DNA of 64,000 nt from Camelus ferus (GCF_009834535.1 NC_045698.1:14200001-14264000), one strand, 5' to 3'. Counted from the first letter of the stretch, positions 25,236 through 39,536 are shown. Program-made: numbers and translations. The notes: generated from the letters alone by a model not told the origin.

Positions 25236-25914
25236 GACTTAGCATTTTTCTTCTTCTTTTTTCCTTTTTTTTCAGATTTCAGCCTCTCATACAAGTGGTT
25301 TCCATCCTTAAAGAGGACATGAGTGTCCATAACATTCCTCAGAATGTCATTCAACACTGTAACAAGTTTTCCTAATTTTTATAATCAACAGTCTCTAGGC
25401 TTGCCAAGTACACGATTGTTCATGTTTCCCATTATAAATGGAAAAGAAAAGAGGCCTTTACCCATCTTTGTAAAAAACACTTTCATAGTTATGAGTCACC
25501 AATTCTTCCCCTTATCAGTACCAGACAACTCAGAGTATAGGCTTGTGAATCAAATTACCTAATCATTTAGGCTTAGTTTGGCCTCAGACATAGCCAGTGA
25601 GGGCCCCTCAATGCTCCACGCTGCATGTGAGCAGAAGAAAGCTTCTATACACGTAGACACAGAGGCATCAGGAAAGACACTGACTCACAAGACTGGCTCA
25701 AATGTTTTCTGTGGGAAATGGGAGCAAGCCATACAAAGGAAGCCATTTGTATAACAGGGATCCTAGGGCAACTGTAATGAGAAGTGATGGGAGTAGAGAT
25801 GGATGTTTAGGTAGCACCAGCCTACAACAGAAAGACAGCACTATAGACACGGGGCACTTTCAGGCATTTACAATTTGCTTTGTCCATCACTTTCTAATTT
25901 TGCTGCATGTAATA

Positions 25915-26030
25915 TTAGGTCTCTGTAAGTACATATACATGCTGGGTTGCAGGGAACCTGATTTTCTAACTCACCCAGAGTAGGCATGCACAAGTTACTT
26001 ACTGAATGAATAAATGGATGAAACAATTCA
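25915..26030 (+). mobile_element. L2 3' end
   Basis: gcagggaacc...agagtaggca...tgaatgaataaatggatgaa tail. Confidence 0.55.
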
Positions 26031-27299
26031 TGAACAAGTGATCATCTTGACTAGTTCTCAGCATTGTTCTCTTCAGATTCTGAAACCCAGAAATCGGGAA
26101 TCACCTGCATGGTATTTAACACCTGATTTACAAATAAGTTTAAATAAAGACCCTTATGTGTCAGCCTTACGTCTCGGAGTGCTACTGCGACTACCTTGAG
26201 CTGAGTTTTGTAGACTAAGCCCTTCCTCTCATTTGCACTCTTTCTACAAATTTGGAATCTGCCAAACTTATTTATGTAGGCTGAATTTTCATATTATCTC
26301 CACACATGCATACACACTGAAGAAGCAGACTTCCAACATAGGAGTAAAGGAGGCGGCGGAAAGAAAAGGAAAATAATGGGAACAGGGAACAGCCAATATT
26401 AAAAATAACAAATCCTTCCAATCCATAAAAATGTGAAAATGATGGGGCAGGCCTGTCGTCTACAGTAGCATTTCATCTGCTATCATCTCATCAGTCAGGG
26501 AAGAAATATTGATCAGGTGGTTACCATCTGAGAGACTCCACAGAGCTGCCCAGGGACACTCGTGCTTGAGGAGAGAAGTAAAAGGGTAATAAGGGCAAAG
26601 AGTTCAGAGCAACTTGATGACAAGAGGCCCCAGTGTGTTGACCAAGACAACGAGCTGCATGAAAGTCAGTCACAGCTCTGTCACCCACTTTATAAAACAC
26701 GCTTTGCCTGTATCATGTACAACCCATCAGTTATTTAACGAGCACCAAGGCCATCATTGTTTAAAAAAGCTAAACAACTCCAAAATAGAACAAATCAACA
26801 ATCCAGACCTGAAGAGTTTTCTGTATTTTAATAACAGAAACAAATCAAAACACATAATAAAGAAAAATATATCTGAGAAAATTTATTTTTTAAATCTAAG
26901 AATTAAAAAATCATCTGAGAATAAAATCGTGATCAAGGCTTTGTCATATATTACATTTCAACGCATATTCCATACTAAAATACTGAAATATTTAGCTAGA
27001 CAAATAATGTTAGACACACCATGCCAATGAACTCACATGGGGTACAGCATTTAGGTAAATTACATTACTAATTTTGTCATACTTAAGAATTATTTAAGAA
27101 TATCATACTCCTTCACATAGTGATTCCTGTTAGTTCAAATACAGGATTCTTCAATGATAATTTTATGTCTTCTCAATCTAATCTCAGTTGTGATTTCAGC
27201 TGTCAAAATAACTTCAACTTTAGTTAAAAACCTAACACATCTACAGTTAAATTTTTCCTCTCTCAGATTTACAGGTCTTAAATGGGAAAAAAAAATCAT

Positions 27300-27770
27300 T
27301 TCTGGTACTTCTCTTGATCCTTAACATTTTGACAAAGGTTGTTCTCTGGACCTTTTTAATTTTTTATCAACTGGGAAAAAGACTATGTATTCTCCTGCTT
27401 TTAAGTGACAAACATATTATTGCCTGAGCAATTTTTATCTCTAGTATGGATCTACCCCCTAAGCTAGACTAAGATGTCCAACTTCCAACATGCCATTTCT
27501 ACAAGGATCTCTAATAGCATTTTCAGTTTTGATATTCCTCACCCCACTTCCCAAGCCTCCTTCTCTGGCATGCTCTCCGTCTGAGTAAGTGGTGAGTTTT
27601 CAACACCTAATTCCAACAGATGTGAATTCCATGAGAGCAGAAACTATTTCTCCCATTGCTAAATCCTAATTCATAGGATAACAACTGGTGAAAATAGGTT
27701 CTAAACAGATATGATGAACAAAACACAAATGAATGACACAATGAATGAATCAAAGAATAAGTGAATAATT
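27300..27770 (+). mobile_element. L2 fragments
   Basis: atctctaatagcattt, ttccatgagagcagaaactat, (tgaa)n-type tail. Confidence 0.6.
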
Positions 27771-30490
27771 TCCGGGACATTCGATTTGGGGAGAGTTTAC
27801 TGTGTTGGAGTATTTTTGCATCCTTCATGGTGGTAGAATGAGACAGGTCTGAGTTTATATGTAACACTCACTGCACTTCAGAATCCTAGACCTAAACATC
27901 CCTCTCCTAGGGCTGAAGATGACCCAGTGGGTCCCTGTTCTACTTTTCCTAAATGTTTGGATACATTTGTGCACTAGCCTTCCCTTTGTAAGCAGTATGG
28001 GCAAATCATTTGCAAATGGATGGTTCTCTAAAGAATTCTTACTAACAGTGAAGCCTGAAACATGCCAGAGGAAATGTTTAAACATTTTTTAAAATGTCTG
28101 CTTTTTCTTCCATTTCATAATAACTAAAAAATAAGTTCTGTGTGCACAGAGACAATGTGCTGGAGAGATTCTGTTCAGAGAAAATGTGACTTTGATGGGT
28201 GGATACAGAGGAATCTTTACATAGGCACCATCTTTTTGCAAATACTTAGACCACAGAGACCATGTTTTCATTTTAATATATTCTTAACCTTGCACAGAAA
28301 AATGATAGGATTGAAAACCTCTAGACCCTTGAGAGTGGGTAAATTCAGTTCTTTCCCATTATATTATATCCTTAGACCTATGTTGCTCTGTTAAAATAAT
28401 CCCAGATAAAAAGTGGGGGAGAAAACAATGGGCCCTTTATGTTTATAATTAATTTATTTTGCATATTTTCCTACACCTAAGTTGCTTTTGAAGACATAGC
28501 TAAATTTGTGTTCTTGGCCTCTGACTAGGTCTTTATTTTTAAACATCACTTCTAGTTTGGAAGTGGAGAAACAGAAATCAAGTTGTTTTTCCAAGGGGGG
28601 ATTATTTTGCCCTTTATCCTGTACCTCCTAAAGGGAAAGCCCTTCAGAAAACTTGGAGAGCTCTCACAGTTCATCGGCAGGTAATGTTAATGACCAGCTT
28701 ATTACATCTGGAGAGCAAGTTTACATTTACTGGTCCTAACCTGGAAAGATGAGTATTAATATACTGCGGCTTGCCCATTTTTAGTATTTTCCCTATATTT
28801 TCTATGGACATTCTTAATTAGGCTAGGCTATTTGAGTTGAGACCTTTTTTTTTTTTTTTTTAACTAAGGTAAGAAAAGAACGTTATTGTATCTCTCACTT
28901 GTAAACACTGAGCTAGATTTTAAGGACAGCCAGGAACTCTCTGGATGTTTTTTCAGTGCTTGTTTCTATTGACGACTTTCTTTTTTACTTCCTGATCAGT
29001 TTCATTTGATGGTGTAGTCACGTCTGTTAGCATTGTTGTTCTAAATGGTATAACTGGGGTGGTTATTATTTTCCAGTTTCTATAGATCACATATAAGGTG
29101 TTAGATAATCATAGGGATGGGAACTCATGTTTAGACAATCAATATGCATTTAGTGTGATACCACGTAATGTGCCAACCCTCTGCTTTCAGTTCTAATTCT
29201 GCTACTCTAGGTAACCCCCCAAATTGCTTTTGTTCTCTGTGTCAGGCAATTGATTAAAATTTTGCTTTAAATGTGTTTTGAGTCATTTGTTGCTTTGCAA
29301 GTTTTAAACATCTCCCCTTAGGCTAAAAAACAGCAACAGATCCTTTTTGTTTTAGCTTTGTTTTTCGATAAGAAACATCTTCCAAGTGAAAGTTAAAGGG
29401 CATATCTTTTATTTGTAAAAGGATGAATTATATATGAGGTTTGTTTCTCTAGCTAAAAGTTTGTAGAGAATATTGAAGAAAACAATTGAGAAAGTTCATA
29501 TAGAAAGCCCTTTAGCCTGAACTGCTCTGTGAATTTTGTTTTTAAACACTGTATACTCTGTAACTAAAAGTTTGAGAGCCATGCAAAAATGATTAAAAGT
29601 AATGTTATCTGCACTTCTGTAACAAGAATGGTCAAAGAGCCATTCTCACCTTTCAACATAATAAAGTTAATCAATACTTACAAGTACGCCACAATTTTGC
29701 TTATTGGATTTTTTGTTAAAGAAAACAGTGAGGCTCTGGAATAAAATAAATGTTTGTATTTTTGGTAAAATTGTGGGATTCTTAAAATCATAAATGAAAA
29801 ATAAAATCATAAAATCATAAATGCAATAGCACTAAAGCTATTTTAGTAAACTCCCTGCTGAAATCTCCACAAATATATGTTCACTTTATTTACTTAGCAT
29901 GTGAATACAAAATTCCTTTATGTTACAAGATTTCAAAGTAAAATATAGAAGCTGTCAAATATGTCAGTTATGTAAGTTGACACTGAATACAGACATAATA
30001 ATAATTGTATATAGAGATTATTATTGGGACCTCACCTTCCAATCTGCTTTTCATAGGGTAAGAATATCGCTGTATCAATAAGACTATATGTGCTATTTTC
30101 AAATAATCAAATATATGGATATATTACTAGAAAGGTTAAAACAATTCTTTGCTTTAAAATATCAAAATAATTTTTAGACTAACTACTTGATTAGTTTAAA
30201 CATCACAGAAGTTTAGAAAATTTCAATATCAAGGGTTTAAATGTTCATGATTAGATTGGTGAGGGACAGAAATTTGAAGAATTAAAGTCAGGGAGGAGCT
30301 ATTGCAACAATATAGTCATAGTTACAGAAAAAGGTCAGGCCTGGATACTTATCCCACATTCACTGGTTTAGGCAATAGTTTTAATTTTGTATAATAATTT
30401 ATCTTGAGCCCTTGACAAGTAATAGGAACTGACATTCTTGAAAAGAAATTAGCATGGAGTTGTTAAGGTAGAGGTGAAAATATGACTTAC

Positions 30491-30521
30491 CTAAGGGCCC
30501 GATGTGCGTGAGGCGCACTGG
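30491..30521 (-). CDS. Candidate 31-nt exon (27 nt with the tandem acceptor) of an unidentified gene; reads SAPHAHRAL or PVRLTHIGPL
   Basis: Acceptor cattttaactctgttcag|CCAG, consensus donor TAG|gtaagt; GC-rich with 3 CpGs in AT-rich unique DNA; UG-rich upstream intron. Confidence 0.45.
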
Positions 30522-32939
30522 CTGAACAGAGTTAAAATGAATGCTAATACCAGAAAGAGAAAATCTGAATAATACTGGCAGAATATAAATACACACTAGA
30601 ATATTGTTTTCATTTATTTTTGGTTGTAAATATGTTATATATAGAAAGACAACGTGCATAAACATACAACCATACACACATCCATACAGACTGACGTACA
30701 CACACTCAGAAAACACATAAAACTTCAAGAAAAATACAAGCAAACAATAACCTGTCCTCACTACGGGAAGTGCGTATTTCTTATTCTATTCCTTTTTATT
30801 GTTCTTAAAGGGGGCGAGGGTGGGAGGAATGAGACTACGTCTTTGAGATATTACGGCCCTGAAGAACAAGAAAGTTTCAAAAGTTTCTTACAGTTCAAGA
30901 GTGGATGCACAGACCCTAATTTTGTTAGTCACTGTTTAAAAACAACTCATTTTATAGAGCTCATACCATGAAGCAGTGAAATGCAGGAAACATGAGGAAC
31001 ATCCCAACCCCATGACAAAAGGAAGAAAAAAGTTTGAGGGATTGGGGACCCAGTGACACCGGGTGACAGAAAACTTACTCTGTCATCATGGCTTACTTTT
31101 ATTTATATCATTTGGATGGTAGCCTTCCCTGACTGAGAAACCAAGGCTAGTTTGAAAATTATTACTGTTATTGTTACATCAGATATCCTAGAGTCAATAT
31201 TTGATAGAGGATGCCAAGTTTCAGTAGTTAGACGCATGATCATACAGTGTACTCCATATCGCAATAAGGTACATAATTTTATTATTCCATTTTCAAACTA
31301 GAAGAGCAAAAATTATCAAAATAAGTTGTGAAGGTCAAGAAAAAGTTAAGAGCATGTCTTTCTGTTATTCTTGTAGCATATGTATATTTAGTTACCATAT
31401 TCAATACCTCAGAAAACTGATTTTTCATGTCATACTTTGCTTCTAAAATAATTCTCAGGACAAAAAGTGTATATCTAGGTGCTTTTAGATGGTATTGATC
31501 AGATTTTTTAGAAAAAAATAAACAACCTTGGCTATTATATGCTTTTTAAAGTCAAAAAGATACACTATATAAGAACAGTTTCTCATAAAAAATTCACTAG
31601 TAGGTAGAAAAAATGAATTTGATTTTTTAATGTATTTAAACACATTTTGAGTATGCTTTCTTTATACAGTTTTTAAAAGTTAGAATTAAAGTGGAATGTC
31701 TTCTTGTTATACACCAGGAAAATAAATATTTTTTAAAGAATACTAATGATAGTTTCAGAGAAAAGTAAGTTTGCTCAATAATTGGTTTTTCATAATTGAA
31801 AATCCTTTGTTTCCAATGAAAATCAAAACATTGCCAGTAAAATTTATTTGAAATAAGCTTTTGAACAATCCAGAAGTTAATTTTTCTGCCCTACTTTAGA
31901 TCTAGTTAGTGCTGGTAGATAGTGTGATTTTAAATATGATTCATGAAGTAAACATCTCTATCATTTATGAAATTCAATAAAAATGTTAACTGTCTTAAAA
32001 TTATAAGCAATCAACAAAGCCAGTCTAACACTTTATTATATTTTAGTGTTTAATTTGGATGAATATATCTATTTTTCATAGATAATAACCCAGATTTACT
32101 TAGTTTTAAGGCCAACTTTACTATGGTATTAATGATGAAATAGCATCTAATTTTTTTAATTATCAGTAAGTATAATGAAAGTGGAGACTTAATTTTTGAT
32201 GTAATTTTCTGCCCTAATTAGATTTGTAACAGTGTGCACTAATTATGAATTAAAGCATGATGTTAAAAAAGTACTTTGTCTTTTAAAGAATGACTAGACC
32301 TAATCCCCAACTTTCTTTCCATCCCTGGGACAGGATTCAAATGTTTATACTGAAAAGCAAACTTTCATTTCAAATGATGTAACGGTATATTATTAGAAGT
32401 TATTTTGAATGGTTAAATTTAGGATTCTGGGGGGAAAAAAGCTCAAAATATCATAAAATTTCCAGTAATTTGTGACCAGGAAAAATAGTCCTATCCAGAT
32501 AAAGAACTTTTAAGATTGCATTTCTGCGAAATACTAAATAAAAACCAATTTGTTTAAGTCTAGTAATTCTTTCTTCTATTTTCATTATTTACTTCTCTTG
32601 TACAGGCAAAAAGCATAGCTCCCAGACCTTTGACAAGTTTTGAGTGATTGTGCAAGAAATGCTGAAAGTTTTCAACATTTGCATCTTCCTTTATCAATCT
32701 GGCACCTTAAAAAATTTTATATATAGACTAGTAATTTTGTTTTAACTTTATTTTATAACATAATTTTAAAAACGAAGTGGAATATTGTTATAGTTAACTT
32801 CTGAAGATAAAATCTCTCATTCACATGATAGCCATTCAAATGAAACATGAAGTAAATATTCATAGTAATAATATATAAAAAATGTTTTTTTCAATAAGCC
32901 ATGTAGGTTCCAGATATTGTAAACATATAGTTTCCATAT

Positions 32940-33480
32940 GTCCCCATCTCCTCTGCCATCTTCTAGTCTACACCAGAACCATCTCTGTCTTAAGTCATTA
33001 CACTATTCTCCTAACTAAAGATGTTCAGTTTTCAGCTAGTGTCCCCCATCCCATTCTCCGCACATCAACCAGACCACTATGATGCATCCAGATACTAGGG
33101 TGTATCAGATGGTGGCACAACCCTTTTCATGGGACCTGCATTTAGAAAAAAAGAAATCCAAATTCATTATTTGGCTTACCTAGCTCTATATAAGCCAATT
33201 CCTATATACAACTCCAAATTCTCTTATTTGTACCTCATTCATGCAAGTTTTTTTCATTTCCTCCAACTGATCAAGACCCTTCCTGAATCGTACGCCTACT
33301 GGCCTACATATTGAGAGGCTCTAGTTCCTTCTCAGTTTTCGTGGCACCCTCCAACAGCACTGCCTCACAGAGGGATTCTCCGACCACCTGCTTACCATGA
33401 GGCCCCTCCTCCAGTACCTTTTCTCCAAGCACCTGTATATTTCCTTCATCGCATTTACCAATAAATAATACTCTGCAATT
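32940..33480 (+). mobile_element. L2 fragment
   Basis: cccattctccgcaca...ccaga, aaatccaaatt, cctcacagagggattctcc. Confidence 0.65.
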
Positions 33481-33649
33481 ATTTTGTATTGTTTGTTCGC
33501 TTATCTTTCCCCAAGTTTAATTCAAGACACAGAATGCAGGGTCTATATTCTTAGGTTGTTTGTTTACTTTTATATTTCTAATTTTTTTTGCAGGATTCAC
33601 TATATTATCAATATATTATTTCCATAATAAAAGGGGGTTAAAAAATCAA

Positions 33650-33770
33650 AACGATTCAAAGAGAATTAACAACTTGTTAAAGGTCATACAATAAGCATGT
33701 GGTTGAGACAGGATTGAACACAGATGGTCTGACTTCACTGCTCTTGATCTGAACATCTACTCTGAACTGC
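33650..33770 (-). mobile_element. MIR fragment
   Basis: aacaacttgttaaaggtcataca...caggattgaac...gtctgacttca. Confidence 0.65.
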
Positions 33771-35024
33771 CCCCTAATTATGTTAAGAACTTCCTCAGCC
33801 ATCCTGGCTATCTCCTTTGTTTTTCAAGTGAGGAAAGAGGGTGAGTTATTGACATATTTACCTAAGAATGTATTTCCAGCACATTGAGAAATTGTGATTG
33901 ATATGAATGTCCTATCTTTACAGTCACGCTCATTCACAACACTGTACTGTTCCCTTCAGACTGAACCCCTGGAGTTCCACGTGGGCCTAGATATGGCAAT
34001 TGTGTTTAGGTCCAAGGCATGAGGTCATGAACAGGGAGGTAGATTTCAAATGGGAAATCAGACATAGAAATCGGTTGAACAATGGTCCAGCATGAAGAAG
34101 TATATTAAGGCAGGGAACAAGATAGTTAATATCTGTGCCAAGGTCAGAGGTCCCGTGCGCCAACAGTACTGAAATTTCAGGAGGAAATGGACTCCTTTTT
34201 GGAAGAAGAATTTGCAGAATTCAGTGAGGCTTCTTCTTCTGAATTGAGTCAGATATGATTTCCCTTCAACAGATTCTCATCCTTATCTGAAATAAGCTAA
34301 ATCAGCCTCAAACTGCTTAAAGCCTTGACCCCGGAAAATAAGTACAGGCTACCTCAGCTACTGAATCACTGACAGTCGAATGCTAAAACGTTGCCGTTGA
34401 GAAGAGACTCTCGGGCCCTGGATTTAAGGGTGAAGGATCTTTATTTTACGAGCTATCTTTACATAAAGTATTCAAATTTCCCACAGAAAACATGTCCATT
34501 TTAAAACTTTCTCAAGGGTAATTTTGATTATTATTTTTGGCTTTTAATCTACTATTTGACTAATATTTTCTTGAAATAAGTCAAACCCACAACCTGAGTC
34601 CTTCCAAATGGATTCCACAAGGCTGACAGATGTCACCCTTTTTGCCTCTGGTTGACCTGCCTTCCTTGAAGCTTGCTGGAGACAGATTAAGGAATAAGAC
34701 TTTGGTTTGATATCAGATCAAAAGCCAGGGCAAAGTTTGAGCAGAAAACAGGTTAAGGCAGAAGTATGAGGCAAACCTCAGTACCAAGAAATGCCCTGAC
34801 CCTCAGACAAAAGCAATCAAGACAGAAGTTGAACTGGAAATTTCTGCCATTGATGAGGATTAATTACTATCACACACCAATTTCAGGATTTGGAAATGGG
34901 ACTGAGTAGCCATAACACAGATGATCACAGCACCTTCTGACAATCTCTTCTCAATGACACACATGCTGCAAGACAGCGTGAGCTCATTTGTAGATTAGTT
35001 TATTGTAAGGAGATAATTTTACAA

Positions 35025-35260
35025 ATGATAATAATAATACAGTAATTCACACAGTGTCTTTACATCATCTCAGCTCATCCTGATCCTCAAAACAAGTCCA
35101 TGAGGTACACAGGGCAGAAATGATGGCAGCCCTCATTTTTCAGTTAAGAAATGTAAGAATCAGAGAGGTTAAAAGCTTTGACGTGCATATTCAGTTGCTA
35201 AATGGTGAAGTTCAAATTCAGAATGTGGTCTCTTGAATCTAAATGACATTTTCATTCCCC
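35025..35260 (-). mobile_element. MIR SINE
   Basis: gatcctcaaaacaagtccatgaggta...ctcatttttcagttaagaaa...tcagagaggttaa. Confidence 0.75.
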
Positions 35261-36619
35261 TATACCGTATCAATCTAAGTAATTCAGTTTTCAAAGTGAA
35301 TTGAAAGGAAACATGAAGCCAAACGTAATATTTCAAGGAGATACAGAACGAATCCAAACATATGAATACAGAGATAGAGCTCAGATTGTAAATAACCAAT
35401 CTTGTCAAGATATGAAAGCTATTCCAAGCTCAACACTGAGATGTGATTTAAATGTCATATTTGAATAACAGTCCCTGTGATCCATCATCTGTCATAAATT
35501 TTAAGATCCAATTTTCAAGAAAATGAAAACAAACAAGTTAACCCTTTTTTTCATGTCAGTCCATAAAAATTGCGTAACGTTCTATGAATCTGTGAGAATC
35601 AGTTCTTAAAAGTTTCCAGCGAATACTTTCAAAAACATTTTCATTTCCTGATGCCTGACATTTTAGAGCATTACAAACTTACATTTGTAATTAAATAGTA
35701 ACATGAAAAACTAGCAAAGAAAGTATTTAAACTTTTCCCTTAAAAAAAATGTTCAATGCTAGGCTCTTTGTACAAATCTTATTACTTGTTAATTTACAGA
35801 CAAATTCTTTAAGAAGTGAAATATAGGCAGGGTTTTTAACTAGTTATTTTGTATTACTGAGAAGGAGTAGTTACATGTCTTTATTCTGACTTCAAGCATT
35901 CTAACTATCCCTATTGTAAAAACTAGGTTACCTAAATCAACCAGTAAAGTAAGACAAAATAATATCCTTTTATAACGTAAAGGTCTAAGTGAGTTGAAGA
36001 AGCGGAAATGAAAGCACCTCTTCACATCTTTCCCTTTTTCCTTTTCTACCTTGACGTATTTCTTATAAATCGCCAGATGATTGTTTTGGTCTCACACTAA
36101 ACCACCTAATAAGTAATGGAGTTTCAACAACACACTTGTTACCAAGCTTTTGTTTTTACCTAAAAGTCTAACCAACTTACCTTGTTTAATATAATGATAT
36201 TTGATTAGAAATCAAAAATACTAAAGTCTACCTATTCAACCTTAATTTGGAACTGGGGAAAAATAACAAAACTCTAGACTTAATAAAATATAAAACTCAG
36301 AAGAACCTGAGTCCCTAAAAATCTGCATATAATTTAATAATGACACTAGATTCATCATTTCTAATACAAAGATTCTGCTTTTAGTGGTGACTGCTTAGTA
36401 TGACTGAGAAGCAGAAATACATGAATCCCAACCCTTTTCAATACTGTGCAGACCTGGAAAATGCATTGCACTTTATAATGGTAGTTTCTGTTTGTATAGG
36501 TCATCTTTCTGTCCTCCGTGCATTTCACTAAATATATTTGTTGAAAATGAACTCTAATTAATAGCTGTATATTAAGCGGGTATGTTTACTAATCTGGATA
36601 CACACACGGTATATTCACT

Positions 36620-38152
36620 TCCTCAACATGTATGACACATGCCCAGATGAGATGACATAGATTCACTTTTCCCAAGTCTTCCCTTCTAAATGCAACTAAA
36701 TACCCTGGAAATAATCCAAAAGATAACAACAAAAGGACTCTGAAAGCTAGAAAGAAAAAGGTGCCTGGTCAGAGACTTCAGGATTTGAGAAATGGCATCA
36801 TAGTGAATTGCCTGGATTTTCTTTTTATTTACCATTTATCCAAGCTTGGGCACCAGAGAGGTCTACAACTCGGAACCATCAACAACAAAACAAGAGGAGC
36901 CTGCCTCTCTGGCCAAATGACCGGGAAAGGAGAAGCCCAGCAGATGTCCAGTAGGGAGGTCTCACCCCAGTTCCACATCCAGGGCAGTGGAGCTGATCCT
37001 TTGTGGCAGCAGAGCCTAGTGTCTCTAGGGCTCCACCTAGAGGTGACCCAGGCCCAGCACCTGCCAGCCCTCTGCCAATGAAAGAGAGTTAACCACACCT
37101 GGTGACTTCTCACATGCTCTCCCCAGCCAATGGCAGGTGGAATAAGAAAACACCATGTGATCCTTCAGGCAGGACCATCAGCCGTCAATCCAAAGACCCA
37201 GCAGTGCCAGATAAATAAAGCAGATAAGAGAATATTATTCCAATTAAGTTGGAACCATTCCTCTGGCCACAAAGAAAGCCAGAATATACACATTAAGTCT
37301 AAAAGGGCAATTGCTTAAAAAATAAGTAGATTTAAATACACTGTTTCCTAACATCATATCCAAAATATCCAGAACAAAATGCAAATTTTCTTGACATCCC
37401 AAAGGAAAAGAAAATTCATGATTTGATGAGAAAAGACAATCCACTAATACCAATATTGAGATGACTCTGATCTTAAAATTACTTGACAAGGATTTCAAAG
37501 CAGTCATCATAAACATGTTTCAACAATCATTTATAAATTTTCTTGAAACAACTGAAAAGATAGAAAATCTCAGCAAATAAAGAACAGTTATACAAAGCAC
37601 CAAGTCAATTTATGGAACTAAAAAACACGATAACGACAACAGAAACACACTGGATATCCTTGAGAGTAGAGTGGAAATGACAGAAGACAGAATCAGTGCA
37701 TTTCAGGAAAGGTCAAAAGAATTTATTCTAATCAACACAGAGACAATAGCCTAAAAAAAATTAACAGAGCCCCAGGGGTCTGGGGATCTGGGGGACAACA
37801 TGAAAAAATCTAATACTGATGTTATTGCAGTGGCAAAAAAAGGATGAAGAGTGTAGAACTGAAAAAAATTAGTTGAATAAATAGTGCTGAAATCTCTCCA
37901 GATAAATAATATATAAACTTACAGATTCAAGAACCTTATTAAAGCCCATATAGGATAAACCCAAAGAAATCTACACAAAGACATCAGAATTAAAGAACTA
38001 AAAAGTAAGAGCAAAAAAGATAAGTCTTAAAAGCAACCAGAGAAAAATAATCTTTACCTACAGAGAATACTAATTTGAATGACAACAGACATCTCATCTG
38101 AAACTACAGAGGTCTGAAGAAAGCAGCACAACACATTTCAAGTGCAAAAAAG
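36620..38152 (+). mobile_element. Old L1M 5' UTR and degenerate ORF1
   Basis: ORF1 remnants (agaatcagtg, acagattcaagaa, ggataaacccaaagaaatctacac, tcttaaaagcaaccagagaaaaa, gacatctcatctgaaac) with stops and frameshifts. Confidence 0.85.
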
Positions 38153-39301
38153 ATTATTACAATTTTTTATACAAACCAGAAAACATCAACTTTGCTTAAT
38201 GGACAAAATACGGTTACAAATTAATCAATTTTGGTATCAAATTGCCCCCAGTTATAAAAGGGAAAAAAAGCCTGGAATTCATATTTTTTTAAAGTAACTA
38301 TCAAGATGAGATAATTCTGTCTCATGATATGTAATATATTAAATAAAATTGTGACCAAAAAATTCTCCTTATTAATTATGTCTGTTAATTACTCTCTGGA
38401 ATTTAAGCTTTAGATAAAACATACAAAGGTTATCAAGAAACAATTCATTGCTTTTAATTATTAAAAAAGACCACAAATAGCTACTGAAAATAATAAATAT
38501 TTGATACTTAATGTGCTATTTTACAGTGTATATAAATATTAATAAATAGAAGGTAAATATTACTTTTACTCTAAGGCTCAAAACATTTATCATAAGTTTT
38601 CCAGCCCACTAATAGTTTCAAACCAGCCCTTCTCTACTAAAGTCCTATCGCCATGCACTAAATAAAACGAGCAGGATACACTTCCCTCACTTGGAGTAGG
38701 TTATTTATTGCTTTGGCTCAGTGACAGTGGTTGGCTATTTTAAGAATGAATCAGTTTAACTCATGCTCCTGTGCACCTGGCGTATTTGATTAGATCTGGG
38801 GTGGAAAGGTTTCAAAGTCAGTGTCTGCTGATTTCAATTGGCCGTAGCATCCTTGAGTACAACTTTGAGAGGGAATCTGAGACTCAGTGGGCAAGATTCG
38901 ACATGTCTTCCAAGTGCGCGAGGCCCAGCGTGTGCCAAGTGTTGTGGCACATCAGTTAAGCATTTTTCTCTTTGGGTGAGACATGCAAATGCTATAAATA
39001 TAAATGGGGATGAAAGCTTGTATATCTGTTGCACAGTAAACTTTATTCTACTTAAAAATAGAAATTAGAAAACTGGAGCAAGTGCATCTTTTAAAGATTA
39101 TTATTCCAGAAGCTTCAGTCTTTCAATGTTCTTTAGTATTTATTCATTTTTCTCTTTAAAAATATGTTAATAATTGACAATATTTATTTGAAGTGAGGCA
39201 TTTTACTTTTAATATTATCCTCAGGAATTTGGAAAGTGTTCGGGAAATTGCCTCATTTGGAGATTGCTTTGTTGTGCCTGAGAAACAGTTGTACCCAAAT
39301 A

Positions 39302-39516
39302 CAGTTGACCCTTGAACAACATAGGTTTGAATTGTGCAGGTCCACTTATATGCATTTTTTTCAAGAGTAAATGCTATAGTACCACATGATCCACTGTTGG
39401 TTGAATCCACGGAAGCAGAACTGTGGTTATGAAGGGCTCACTATAAAGTCATACTTGAATTTTCCACTGCAAGGAGGTGGACACCTCCAATACCCACGTT
39501 GCTCAAGTTTCATCTG
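39302..39516 (+). mobile_element. MER8 Tigger-family MITE, full length
   Basis: Terminal inverted repeats cagttgacccttgaacaac / gttgctcaagtttcatctg with TA on both sides. Confidence 0.88.
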
Positions 39517-39536
39517 TATATTTAAATAGGGATCTG

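Noticed and set aside
28844..28874. Plus-strand recursive splice site (poly-T, aactaag|gtaaga)
   Set aside because: AAG acceptor is atypical, the tract is a homopolymer run, and the strand is opposite to the inferred host
36620..38152. Intact L1 ORF1 / active element
   Set aside because: Many stops and frameshifts and no contiguous ORF2
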